63,876 bases of DNA, filler included, from Bigelowiella natans CCMP2755 (GCA_000320545.1; 5 parts of 5 records of this genome joined end to end with filler, not necessarily neighbours in it); one strand, 5' to 3'. Counted from the first letter of the whole stretch, positions 41,074 through 54,977 are shown. Notes: a model not told the origin generated them from the letters alone. Program-made: numbers and translations.

Positions 41074-42314
41074 GCTACACTGCTACTACCTCCCCCCCCC
41101 CTCCTTTCTTACCTTCCTAGACCTGGCAGCAACCGTCAGGAAGACAAATGGGAGGAGCATCCATAGACATAATGGTGCACAAAGTTATCTGCTGCTACCG
41201 AGGCGATTATGGCTGAGGATCCACGCTTTCTTGCCGTGTCAAGACCAATATCGTCTATGTACAGCTTCCCGTTTCATGACTGGGCTATATTCCGATGAGA
41301 ATTTGTGGAGAGATCGATATATGGAGATTCGTATTAATCTCTTCTTGTCATCATCATCATCATCTTCTTCTTCTTCTTCTTCATCATCACCATCACCAGA
41401 AGGCCTAAGCAGCATAAATCTACAGTATCCTGGGTCTTGGAAACTAGCTTGCTTACAACTCGAACAACACTATCGTTATCAAGGTAGTAGTAGTAGTAGT
41501 AAACATAGAGAATGATAGAGAGGGGCAAGAAGAAGAAGAAGAAGAAGAAGAAGCATAAGCAAGTGGTCGATTATACCACAAATAATGTCATTTCGAGTCC
41601 AAATTCATAAAATGTTGATAATGGCACATCTATTCATCTATGAATAAGTTATAATATTACTCTTTAACATACATTTCAATATATCATTTCGACATTATTG
41701 TCGTTGTATGACATTTCTATCGTCATTATCAGACCTCGTAGATGATGATTGTGTAAAAATAAGCTCCGGCAATGTGTCCTCGATCAAGAGCAGAATTCGT
41801 TGTAATTCTTGGCGTATTGGAAGAAATTACAAGAAGCAGCAGCAAGCTAATAAGAATAACGATGAATACAGGGGGGGAACGATAGCAGTAATGCCGCGAG
41901 AAATGATAAAAACAAGAAGAAAAAGACAAAGGACAGGGGAAATAATGACGACGACATCGACGACTTTAAAGAAGAAGAAGAAGTTATCATCATCTTTTGA
42001 TAAGCAAGAGCCTACAACTTCAGCTACTACTACTACTACTACTACTACTACCGTATCAAGTGATCATCATCCTACTACTACTACTACTACTACCGTATCA
42101 AGTGATCATCATCTTCCGAATCAACGTTCAGCTAATGACCAGCGAAAACTCACATCATCATTATTTTCTATCATACACAAAGAAGACGACAACGATAACA
42201 TGACGATGGCAATGGGCAGTTGCAGTGCTAACAGTTCCACCACCACACCGTACACAATCCTAAGAGCAGCAAGGGAAAAGCTTTCTTGCTGGGTAGTAGT
42301 TGTCCATCATCATC

Positions 42315-42350
<36 letters not shown>

Positions 42351-42822
42351 TTGTGACGTGGAAATCTATTCGTGATCATAAATCTTAGTGTATTGGGAAA
42401 GGCAGCTACGAGAACGAAGTTGTAGTAACCGGAGCAAAAGCAGCAGCAGCAGAAAATGGTGTTCCTTCTCATGTACAACAGGACAGCAATGACAATGAGG
42501 AATGTTGGCGGGTGTTTGCTTCCAAACTAAAGAATATTGGATTTGCTCATATTGCTGTGGAAGAGGGCAGTAGCATAAGCCATGGAACGTTCGTAAGAAA
42601 GTATGATAGGCCACGAAATCCGGTACTACTAGTAGTAGCAGTATCTAGATAGTTCATTGATTTATTTAGTTGATTCATTCATCAGAGTACACTACCATCA
42701 TCATCATCATCATCATCATCATCATTTTATTGAGCACAGCCAAATAAATAAATACTCAATTTCATCTCTTCATGATAGTACAGAAATATTTATGCACAAA
42801 TAGCGCTACACCATCATTATTA

Positions 42823-42867
<45 letters not shown>

Positions 42868-44279
42868 ATCAAGCTCATCTGCTGCCTCTTCCAATCTCTC
42901 TTAATACTATTTGCTTCTTCTTCTATCTAATGTATTATAAGGTTCTAATACGTTGGCAGCATCATCCAGATGCTTTTCATTGTGATAATGATGCTGACAA
43001 CACAAATAATAATAGTGGTGGTGATAGTGATAGTGATTGTACCAGCAAATATTCTAATCTATCGATATTTTCTGGTGGAGACTCTGTTTGGAGCTTTCAA
43101 GCACTCGAACATATCCTTATTAGTGCTCACAACAACTCCAACAACAAATCCTCCACTTCCACAAGACCACAAGATACGGTACGGCAAGTAAACGTTCAGA
43201 TGCCCCCTCCCCCTCCTCCTCTGCCACCCCCCATTACCACTACCATGGCATTATCAACGTATCTATCGGTGTACATGCGAAGATGTAAAGACGCTGATCC
43301 TCTTTACCTTTTTGAACACGATCTTCCTCAAGAGCTAGTGGCCAAACTTAATGTCCCTAACGAATTATTCTTTGGAGGAGAGGGAGGGGACATCCTCGAG
43401 AGAATAGCAAAGGAGGAAAAGGAGGAGGAGGAGGAAGAAGAAAAGCTTAACCAAAAGACACTCACCGGGAGGGAGAACAATGTTTCTGGTTCTTCATCAT
43501 CTTCCTCCTACTGCGCTATCTCAGAGAGGCAATGGTTAGTTATAGGCCCTGATGGTTCAGGTTCTCGGTTCCACGTAGATCCTCATGCTACATCTGCTTG
43601 GAATGCCCTCTATCAAGGAACCAAACTATGGGCATTCTTTTGTGAAGGAGGACAAGGACGAGGACAAGGACAAGGACAAGGAGAAACATTTTCTGGAAGT
43701 AAGAAATGCAAGGAGACTGCTACTTCAAATAATGAAGTGCCTCCATTAGTAGACATCGTTCGCAATTATGACGATCCCAGAAGCAGCACTAGCAGCAGTA
43801 GTAGTGGGGATATCAAGGAAAGTAATTCAAGGCCTTTATTGTATGCAGCTCCCTCCGCTGAGGAATGGTTCGTGAAGTACTTTTGGAAGCGCATAGAAAT
43901 GATGAAGAATAAGAAAACAAAGAAAGGACAGAAGTACAAACATGCTAATGAATTAATGGCACAAAAGAAGAAAGATGAAGAAGAGGAAGAGGGAGAAGGA
44001 AGCTTCTTAGAGGAGGAGAAGAGGATGATGGAAACTACAATATCAACGAGTAATAAACGTAATAATTTAGTCTTTGGTCTTCAGCGGCCAGGTGACATTG
44101 TCTTTGTCCCTCATGGTTGTTGGCATTGCGTCCTAAACTTGGAACCCTCAATAGCATTTACCCAAAACTTCATTAATCGCCAAAACCTTAAAGCTGCCAC
44201 ACAGCACGCAAGAAAGTATGCTCCAGCAAATTTCTACCAGAAACTACGCTCCTTTAGTTCCCGTAAATTTAGTGATTGA
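37209..44279 (+). CDS. GT25 (COLGALT-like) glycosyltransferase - F-box - JmjC (JMJD6-like) fusion protein, about 1261 aa
   Basis: 16 GT-AG exons in continuous frame: 37209-37295, 37360-37531, 37765-37835, 37921-37968, 38249-38391, 38589-38661, 38945-38993, 39280-39396, 39821-39885, 40089-40223, 40401-40685, 40798-40843, 41121-41483, 41733-42292, 42389-42622, 42942-44279. GT25 motifs: LNLRRRPDRR, DAVDG, GEIGCFLSH, LILEDD, WDVFYLGR, AYAVSSSGVAKLL, MPVDDLVP. F-box: LLPRRLWLRIHAFLPCQDQYRLCTASR..ENLWR. JmjC: WLVIGPDGSGSRFHVDP..AWNAL..GTKLW and QRPGDIVFVPHGCWHCVLNL..AFTQNF. Confidence 0.8.
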
Positions 44280-45244
44280 ACTATATGCATTGAGATTGTC
44301 GATAAAATGATTAATCAGTAACGTGGATCGATTGTGGCACCGCATATCATCACAGTAGTTTTGTAAATTTTGCTTCTCTCGATGCACAGCTGCGAGTTAG
44401 TTTGCTTATGTGACGTTCACAACATAAACTTGATGTGAAATTTGTGCTTTAAACTTGGCAGATATAGTAATATACCATGCATGCAACGAGGCTTGCGATG
44501 ACCATTTGACAACGACTGCGATGCACTTACTCTATAACTCAACTGTAGTCAAAAGTTTTATTTGCAGCATGCCAAGCTAGAAAACGCTTAATATCCATAA
44601 CGTATTATTACACTACACAGAGCTCCCAGCTATGTACAAATTGTCTTTAAGTATGTGTGGATTATTTACATTTCTAGTCTTATACGTATAGTGTCACTAC
44701 TATGGACACAAGCATATACACTGACGACGCTATAAACAGTTACATGTGCACATGATGTGTACATGTATTCGCTCAAAATCGTATCATTGCATGATGGCGA
44801 TACGATAGTGCCAAGGTTAACAGTCTCCATGCATTGACGACAACGGCTTTTGTACGAACGTAAGGATGATGAAATAGCTAGTTTCGGTGAACTGTGTAAT
44901 ATTGTGTACTCACTGTACGCAGTCTTTGGCAAAAATCTTCCGATTAGGACTGAATAGCAAGACGCTCGCATCGATCGTATGGATCGGAGCTGCATGACTA
45001 AAAACCTTTGCAGTACATCTTCTGCATTCATGCTGCACACTCTACAATACATCTTGGCAACATTAGTCCTAGACCACATCAAGCCGTTAAAATGGGCGGT
45101 GACTAAGTTAGTTACTTAAAAACTTAAATTTGCTTCCTGCATAAAATACGATGCAATGGGATGCTGTCAGAACACTTTGATCCTACGTGTAGATATCGAC
45201 GTCCATGTGATACATGGATCCCAGTAGTCATCCTACATCATTTA

Positions 45245-46011
45245 TTATCCAAATTTTCCTCCCTTTTGTCCTTCTTTATTGTGCTCTGGAACTCGACAGT
45301 GCTCTTGTGCACTGCCAGCATCGGCCACGTAAGCTTGCCACACAAACATTGAATCTGATACGTCTCGAGGCGGATTCTGGTGTAAAATGATGAAGTATCA
45401 TGTCACAGAACAGTCGTGAACAAATCCACAGATCGAGATAGGTGTAATTAATCATTCTTCTCATTCAATTAAGGATTGCTTACGATGTGTGAAAAATCTC
45501 TGATGTGTTCTTCTTCCTCGCAAATCAACGCTGCATAAGGTAATAACAACTATCATCAGAAAAAAAGTGTTATATTCATAACTAAATCCTGGATCAGCGT
45601 CGTCCAATTCCCATCGTATTTATTTCAACCACAGCTTAGTGAATATACTTTCTCTTTACTCACAAATTACTTATCATATGCTTAACATACGTTACTTTAA
45701 CTACTAGCTACACTACTTTGCCCGTTATTACTATTATTATTACTACTGCTACTACTAATGCTACTACTCACGCTATTGCAACATCTACTACTCTAGTTCT
45801 CTTAAGAAGACCTATGGGAACCCCTGGAGCAGCACTATCACCTTCTTTCACAAATAACCGTGCGATATAGCTGAGAAAATAGAAGAATTAGAAGAAGGAG
45901 GGAGGTTAGAAGAAGGGGGGAGGCGGGAGAGGATGGAAGGAGTAGACAGGATGCTGCCAAACGTGCTATGATTTACCAATTTTAGTTTATAATGATGTTT
46001 GATGTAGTGTT

Positions 46012-46074
<63 letters not shown>

Positions 46075-46245
46075 AGACCCTTCTTCATGTCCTTCATACT
46101 GCATCGCTGTCGGGCCAGGATCTTGTGAAGGATCAGACTACCAAAAGAAGAGTTAGACTTCTTCTTATACTCCTCATATGTTCATATTTACTTCCATACG
46201 TTCACACGTACGCATGTAAGCACACCTATACATCACGAACAAATA

Positions 46246-46293
<48 letters not shown>

Positions 46294-46754
46294 ATTTGGG
46301 ATATGAATGTGAATGAATGGTGTAACTCCACTTTTCTTCTTGAATACGTTTATCCTACTCTACTACCAGCAATCGATCAACTTCGATGTCAGCAAGTAAT
46401 TGCGTCATCTCTATTCTCTCTCCTGATTGTAAAACAGGAGTAATTAACGGGGCTACAGGTCGCCCCCCCCCCCCCCCGGGCTCTTTCTCCACCTCTCAAT
46501 CTGTTATTATGTACCTAAATAGTTACACTACCTTCTTTAATATTCCATCGAAGTATTTTCCCTTTTTTCATGTATGGAGAGAGCGGTGGCATCGGCATGT
46601 AGATATGCGGTGGCTGCTGCGATGATTGCTGGTGAGAGCAAAATAACTGCACTCTTATTGATGACCTCCTTGTGTACGACGAACACCGTACCGACCGCCG
46701 TAGTGGTGAAGTGGGCAATAATGATGCTTCGATTAATCTCCTTCGAAGTGACAT
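45245..46754 (-). CDS. Stand-alone lipoyl/biotinyl-fold protein with mitochondrial-type presequence, lacking the lipoyl lysine
   Basis: Exons give MSLRRRLIEASLL..(R/S-rich)..MPMPPLSPYMKKGKILRWNIKEG|ERIEMTQLLADIEVDRLL|SDPSQDPGPTAMQYEGHEEG|YIARLFVKEGDSAAPGVPI|ALICEEEEHIRDF..|..FVWQAY..*, matching the E2-type lipoyl domain pattern. Confidence 0.8.
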
Positions 46755-47211
46755 CTTAAAGGAGTGATTATTTGAGTTTTAATGTGTGTGTGGTGTTGTT
46801 TTGTTCTTGCTGGAGGAATGGATGGAAGAGGAAGGGGGTTACTGGATCTAGGAGGCTGATGATCTTAGAGCACAGGCGTCCATGCACTACTGGTTACGAC
46901 GTCGTCTGCTTTCTGTTTTGAACCAATGAAATCGTAGGGCATTTTTGCAGTACGTCATGACCTTTTTTTTCACATCACATAAGCACAAGACAAGTTTCTT
47001 AGTCACTCAATGGCATCATAGGGTATTTTTGAAGTGCGCCATCTCGTTCATTGTAATTGTTTTCCTAGTTGTTGTTGTAGACCCAGTTGTTGTAGTTGAT
47101 GTAATTGTTGTAGATCGAATTGTTGCAATTGTTGTAGTTGTTGTAATTGTTGTAGATCGAATTGTTGCAAACCTAAAAGTAAAAAGAAAAGTTTATTAGA
47201 TCTAGTCCTAC

Positions 47212-47349
47212 AATTTTTGACTTTCGCAATGTCCGTTATGAGACAACATCCACTATGAAAATCACTTCGGGTGTAACAACATAGCTGGGAAGTCAAGGGC
47301 GCGAACAGAATAACTAACTAACTAACTAATTAACTAACTAACTAACTAA
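47212..47349 (+). repeat. About 100-bp dispersed structured repeat with (TAAC)n tail, copy A
   Basis: Near-identical to 59216-59310; its 3' half also matches 59102-59158. Confidence 0.85.
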
Positions 47350-47588
47350 TTGTTGTAGTTGTTGTAATTGTTGCTGGTGGTCGGATGAACACTAGCTCTC
47401 CAGCATTTCATCGTCTGTCCCCTCCACCCCCACCTGCTTTCAAAAAAGAACAAGCTAGGACTCGAGGATATCTAATTTGTGCCACCTCATTTGTTATTAG
47501 CAAGGAGGAGCGGAAGCAGTTGCCAGGATACGTACATTCAACCAACATCTGAAACCGAAGCGTATGCATATGAATTTCCACCCATGAA

Positions 47589-47636
<48 letters not shown>

Positions 47637-47710
47637 GGCCCTAACATATCTGCGAACAGCTTAGATTCAGGGAGGGAGGGGGGGAAAGTACCTTTCTTCA
47701 TTGAACCGAG

Positions 47711-50290
47711 ATGGGTTCTCCTTTGGGAGATGGAAAAGGGGAAGAAACAGCCGGAGCTGACTATCTCGCACAACTGAGAGAAGTTGCCAACAGGCCACGC
47801 TTCTACGCAAGTCAGTTCTTGGAATCTCTCCTATCGGTTAGTAGTACTACTACTAGTAGATGCTGTTTCATTCCCTATTGATGCTCATTAGAAATTGCTT
47901 TATGCTTCATTTTCGACATCAGGTTGATGGCCACCACTTTCATCATCATCATCATCATAATAATAACAATCATCACAATCATCATGCATCCCGCAATTCC
48001 AACGCTTCTTCGCGTCAGCAGCAAGTAGGCGACAACCGGTGTAAAGATAACGATGGTGATGATTTACACGTGCCGCAGAAGAGTGGGGAAAGGCAGCAGC
48101 AGCAGCAGCAGAGTTGTAGTACAGTGAAACTCTTTGTGTTGGAACCCCTTGATTCAGAGTATTCGGATAATACTGCAAACAGGAGGACAGGCAACAAACA
48201 GAACTTGCAGCTACTGGGGAGTGGGGAAAGGAGAACCATCACCAGCAGCAAGAAGAGCATCCTAGAGGGAGGGGGAGGAGGACGAGATGGTGATGTTGGA
48301 GAAGGAAGTAGACCTCGGAACAGCTCAAAGCTCAGAGTGCATGATAAATTTGACCACTTGATCACAAATGATGAGAAAATGATGCAACATGCTCAGGATT
48401 CTAGTTTGAGTATGTTCGATGAGTTATCTCACGTCCGCGTGTGGAATAGGCAGGTACGTGAGAACAAGAACTCCCTGACCAATATATACACCTGTTGGAG
48501 ACATAAAGCACACACCAGCCCCACAACAAAAAACATGCACACTTAAGCAGCAGCTGCAGCAGCAGTAGCTGCAGCAGATATTGAACACCGACTATACTAC
48601 AGGGTTTAAAAGCACCACCGCTGGTCTTTAAAGTTTGTAAAACACATGATAAGGAAGCTCGTCCGTATTATATGTTGCTTCTCCCTCAGGTATTAGCATT
48701 TTTTTCTTGGCACTGGGAGGAGGAGGGGGGTCAACTATAATCTTGTTCCCACCCCAACTAGCTATCATTAGTCGTTGCAACATCACATGAATTGTGTAAC
48801 TTTATTTGAATCCTCATGTCTTTTTCTTCTTGTTCTTCTTGTTCTTGTTTTTCTTCCACCACAACGTACTTGAGGTGGATGCAGAACAACAAGAACACTG
48901 CTTGTGTTGTCGTCGAAAGGCTAAAGGGAAAAAATTCAGATTCAGTCTGGATGAAACAAAGCTTACAAAAAGAAACAACCCAAGTTATATTGGGAAGATG
49001 AAAGAACAAAGACCCGGTCAATATGAGGTACTAATGGTAGTAGTAGTCGTCGTAGTAGTAGTAGTAGTCGTAGTAGAGTATGACTTCTTTTGAATTTGTT
49101 GAAATTATATATATTTATATATTATAAAGAATTAATTATTACCGTGAGAAGTTATGAACCACAGCAGTGTTATTGTTGATTCAGCACCACAACCAATATC
49201 ATTATCACCACCAGCACCAGCACCAGCACCTACCTACTACTACCAATGAATTGCTTTCTGCCACTACTGCAGGTATACTTGAGGAACGATGTTAATGTGA
49301 TGACAATTAGACTATCAGAGAACAATGAGGTGATGATTGGTGGATGAGATGACAGATAATCCAATGAATGTATGATGCCTGTAAACAAATAGCAGCACCC
49401 AACAAAAAACTTACATGCTTGTGTCATTATGAATTTAGCATTTGATTGCCACTTATATGATCGAGATTAAATGTAAAAATACCGAAGAAACAAAAAGAAT
49501 GATTCTATTTGGATTTACTAGTCACACTCACCAGCCTCCTTCCGTCATGAAGAAGAATATCGTCGTCAGGTGTATGCAGAGCTCCAAAATCAGTTCCTAA
49601 ATTCTGTAGAGCGTGGTAAATCTGGAAGGACGATGAGAGGTGATCGTACTACTTCTTTTCATTTATTATACCTCCTAATGATGTCGTTTCATCATCATTC
49701 GTGTACTATTATTTCTGGTGTGCTTATTGTCACCTATTGATAGGAAATGTGCAGACATTTGTTCAGCCGATGCTAGATTTAAAAGTAGAGAGTAGTAAAA
49801 GAACAATCCTTAAGGTCTCAAGGCCGTTCGAAATGAAAGAGGTTGGCCGCAATAATTTATCCTTCATCAAATAATGCACAACAAACTTTTATCACCTTTT
49901 TTACGAAAATACAGCTACAATTTCTTGGTTTTACTCCTACATGTAGCGAATCAATTTGTTCCTACAACAGGTTGCTGATATAGCAGCTGGGAATTATTCT
50001 CAAGACGTGAATAACCATGAAAGAACCTATCTCGTAAGGAGAAATTATTTCTCACCTCTTGATTCCTCAATATAGTATTCCACCTATTCGTCGTGTTCTT
50101 GTTCAAACTCATCGTTGCATTCAATACCATCTGCTCCAGGCTAAGTATTCCTACTATCAGTAGTAGATGATAGAAATGTTGTTACGAATTACATTACTAT
50201 TATGGTCAGGTGGATTTTGACTATCCTATGACGATTTTCTTGAGTTTCTCGGTGCTGTGTGCGATCGTGGATTCAAATAGCGCTGGATAA
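47711..50290 (+). CDS. Divergent Tubby-like C-terminal domain protein
   Basis: Exons give CLCCRRKAKGKKFRFSLDETKLTKRNNPSYIGKMK (cf. Tubby AARK..ISLD..LSR..YIGKL), VESSKRTIL (cf. ASVKNFQL) and terminal VDFDYPMTIFLSFSVLCAIVD (cf. [21 protein letters not shown]). Confidence 0.6.
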
Positions 50291-51456
50291 GAGCGAGTTT
50301 TACTCAGCAGCTATACCCCAAATAATGATGAAAGTAGTGATCATTATATGATGATTAGTCATGATGACGGTATCGAGCACTATTGAGCACAAGTAGCGCT
50401 ACACATGCTTTCCCACCACTATTTTGATGCATCGAATCGAACTAAGAATAGCCACATTTCCGTTACTATACTTTTCATATTATGCATAGCAGGCATCTGT
50501 AATAAATGACTAGATTGATGGTGTACACTTTATTAATAAATATCTAGCTCATATTAGATTATTTATAGCTAGCTGCGCAGCATAATGCATATTCATGGTG
50601 GCGGCGGCGGCGTACCGCTATAAATAGGTTTCGTTTATTAATAGATTACTGCTGACATCGTAGCGCGCAGTTGGCGCTTTATTGTTCATTAATGTACACA
50701 TACATTAACCAGAATGAGATGGATGTACGTAAAATTGAATTAGTCATTCACATTATACACACACTGTGCCATTGCTTACAAGCTCATTGTGCATACGTAC
50801 CTGCTACTCATTTGCGTATACTGCACAATCCATCAACATCATTGCCCATTTGCATTCACAATAATAACGTACAGCTACTTCAAAATGTGTCATCATCCCA
50901 GTGTGGCCATTATCAGAGCGGACAAGACGCTGCATCACGATAAAACACTTCTACATGATCTCCAGATCTAGATTTGAAGCACATGACGTTGCGTCTCATC
51001 AAGCTAGCAAGGAGCGGATCGATATGCGCATCATAATGCATTGATGTTGCATTTCATACACAATACGACCTACGCACGCTCTACTAGCACATATACAGAA
51101 TGCGCATACGCGCTGAAATAAAGTATCTATGATACTCGTTTCCTTCGCATGCACCACTAGCTAGAGCATATATTTAGCGATGGAGCAGCAGTTGCCACAA
51201 TAAGTGCTTCTCTCATGATCTAGTTAACTAGTTAAGACTTCTATGATGCAGAGAGAGCGGGGGGGGGGGGGAGATCAAACTCCGTAAATATGCCTCGTAC
51301 TAGAATATATAACCTTCCTCACCGCTCAAAGTCAAAAACTGCCATGTTGTAACTCATTATGCAGCACAGTGTTGTCGTTTATATAATAATATCCCATATT
51401 CAAACTATGTACATCAAATGTACTCATTAACGCCATATACGCTACTCTGATATATG

Positions 51457-51570
51457 CTAATATGCACGAGCAAAAATTGCCATGTGCGTAGCCGGTTTTC
51501 CAGAATAGAAGCAATTCTTGCCCTCAGCCTCCTTTTGGAACTCCAAGGGATAGCAACGAATTGTTGCCCT

Positions 51571-51606
<36 letters not shown>

Positions 51607-52782
51607 CGATGATGATGATGATGATAAGAAAATATGTCACATTATGCACTCGTGAGAAAACTAGATACACAATTCAACGCACAACACATGACATACATGC
51701 ACACATGATTTTATTTATGCGGTAAGGAATAATAAAGGTTATTTGTGTGAAACTACTACTTGTGGTATTATTTGTACTCAGTATTAGTAGAATATAGTTA
51801 CAACTTGCAATCTGCTTTGATTGCTTCTTCATTGTTATCATCTGCAGCCCAAGGGACCTGTGGAGATCAATCACAATCACAATCCAATCACACCCCAATA
51901 AGAAGAAGAGACGAAGACGACTGAGAGCTTGAAACAGATAATTACGTTCAGGAACATCCTCTTCAATTATCTTCATTCTTGGTACCAACCCCCACCCCTC
52001 CCCCCCTCATTCATTCATCCGTCCATCAATCCGGGCATTTAATTCTGTTATCGAGTCGTACCAAGAAGAAACCGTATTCTTCCTTAGCCAATTTTTGCTT
52101 CATCTCGTCATATGAGCTTAGTCGGAATGTCTTTTGATCCCTTCGGAGGAGGGAGAAGGAGGAGGGGAGGAAGGAAGGAGAAACATCACCAATTAATACT
52201 TATGATGATAGCCAGTAGGGTAGGTCACAGTTGGTGAATAGATATAATAATAATTGGGTTATCATTATTACCTTCTCTCTGTAGCAGCAGCAAGCATGTC
52301 GCTTTGTATAGAATCTAGCTCCTTGTTTACCTATCATTATCATCATCGTTATTATTATGTATTATTATTATCAATTATTATTATTATTATTCTTATTATT
52401 ATCTGCATCACAGAAAAAAAGACCAATATCAACATGTGCTCATTCCTTTCTATCTCTCTCTATCCCCCTCCCCCTTCTCGCCTTTTCCCCCTCTTTTGTC
52501 TTTCTCTCTTCTCTCTCTCTCCCTCACGTTTTTATATGTCCGTCTATGATATATATGAACAAAGAGAAGAGGAAGGAGGAGGATGCATAGATAGTAGTAA
52601 TAAACGGGTGTTGTTGAATGACCATTGATGTTGGTGTATGTAAGAATGAATGGGTGGATGAATGGATGAATGGATGAATGGATGAATACATGAAAAGATG
52701 GATCAATGAATGCATGAATCAATAGCTCAATTATTACGAGAGATACGACATCTGTCCAAGATCCATCTTCATTCTTAATCTG

Positions 52783-52821
<39 letters not shown>

Positions 52822-54005
52822 CCACATCATTATCCACATTGTTGATGATTTGGAAGAGTCTCCACTATATCATCACCATAATCACTTCATTCACCAATAT
52901 AGCTACTATTACTAGTCTGCTACTGCCATCAACATAGTACAACCTGCAAGGGGGATTTTGCACCATTGTTTCTTCGCGCACAAAAGGCTGATCCTACACG
53001 TGTATTTGCTGTATTATTCATCATTCTGCTACTACTACTACTAATAATAATACTACTACTACCATTATGAAAAGAACGTTATGAAAAGAACCTTCTCATA
53101 ATCAGCATCACCATCATCATCAATAACAACAGCAACAACAGCAAAATCCACACATACTGCATACATACTAATACATACCCTTTTTAAGATCTCGTTGTCC
53201 AATTTCCATGCGAAAAGGCACACCTCTTCGTTCCCAATGGTAGTATCTTTAATAACAGTAGATGATGGTGATGACGACGATCAAAAAACAATGAACCGAT
53301 TTCATCAATGACAAAATGAACAACTTTTAATACAAAAGATGTATGGATGATGAACAACCAAAGAAACAAAAGGAAATCCATCACGTAAATAAATAATAAC
53401 AACAATCATCATCATACTTGTTCCCAGGTCTCAGTGGCCTATCATCAACGTGGACACGAATTCCACCTATTATTATTTTTTTTTTTATTAGTAAGTAGCA
53501 GGATGGATGGATGGATGGGTAATGGAGTGATAATTATTATATGATTATATAATATGATAATGTTATGGTGAAGTAACAATCATAAAGAAGAATATATACA
53601 TATACATATATACATATACATATTACTTGATGATGAAGCAAATACAATCTACACAGCAGTAGTAGTAGTAGTAGTAGTAGTAGTACCTTCTTTGAGCTTC
53701 TGAGCAAGTTCCTCAACGCATTGAACAACCTCCTCCCCTCCTGATGCCTTGACAATAGGTATGAGCACCACTTGAACGGGTGCCACCTACATAAGGTACA
53801 ATAATCAGATATATTGGATGTTATTCTTACCAACAAAACATCGGTCATTCTATCCCTAAGGAGCACTATTATCATCATGATCATCATATTACTTTTGGCG
53901 GAAGAATCAACCCATTGTCATCAGAATGGGTCATAATAAGAGCACCGAGTAATCGCGTGGATACACCTAGGAAAACGACAAAACAACAACAAATAATAAA
54001 TTACT

Positions 54006-54042
<37 letters not shown>

Positions 54043-54752
54043 TCATACGTATGGAAATACTGATCAATGTACTGATCAATAGAAATCTTTACAAGAACAG
54101 CAGCAGCAGCAGCAGCAACAACAACAACACCAAACAACAGCTTGATCCTCATCTTGATTTAATTTTGGAATGTTTTGTTGTTGTTGTTGATGATGATGTA
54201 TGTTCTTAAATGAGTGAGTACTGACAAACCCCATGATGTAGCCCATACGTGCTCTCTCTCCTCGTTGTCGGTAGAATATTGGACATCAAACGCCTAATCA
54301 TCATTGACATATTAATTCTACTAATACTTCTCTTCTATTATTTATTTATTACTAATAGATTTAACATAAATATAACATTTAGGAGAGAGTGTCGGTATTG
54401 TTACTACCTTGGCGAAGTTTTGACCCAAAAAATGTGATGTTCCCGCCTGTAGTGCCCAACTGTAGTAGTAGTAGTAGTGGTAGTAGTGGTAGTAATAAGA
54501 TTAGAGATGATGATGCTGATGATGGTGATGATGATGATGAACACTATTATTACATACTTTTCGAATCATATTTCATGTTTGTTGTTACTTCTTTTTTGCT
54601 TTTCTTGCTGCTGCATAAATGCGGCAGCCACTATTCTAACACTAATACTACTATTACTACTACTACTACTACTACTACTAGTTCTACTACTACTACATAC
54701 CCATTCTGCATCATGGCCTCGATAGTGTACGTCTCTGCAGCTCCTGCAAACC

Positions 54753-54788
<36 letters not shown>

Positions 54789-54924
54789 GTAAGAGTATGA
54801 TTTATTCTTTTACCAATGCATGGATCAGAAGCATTATTAATACGAACAAAAAAGTACAAACAACACAAAGCAATGATACAAAGAAAATGACATCGTAGGT
54901 GGGCGGTAGGTGGACACACACGCA

Positions 54925-54977
<53 letters not shown>

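Noticed and set aside
42930-44279. 449-aa JmjC ORF as a stand-alone gene
   Set aside because: Its ATG lies just inside an intron (acceptor before 42942), and the conserved JMJD6-like FVRKYDRPRNP|VLI segment continues from the upstream exon.
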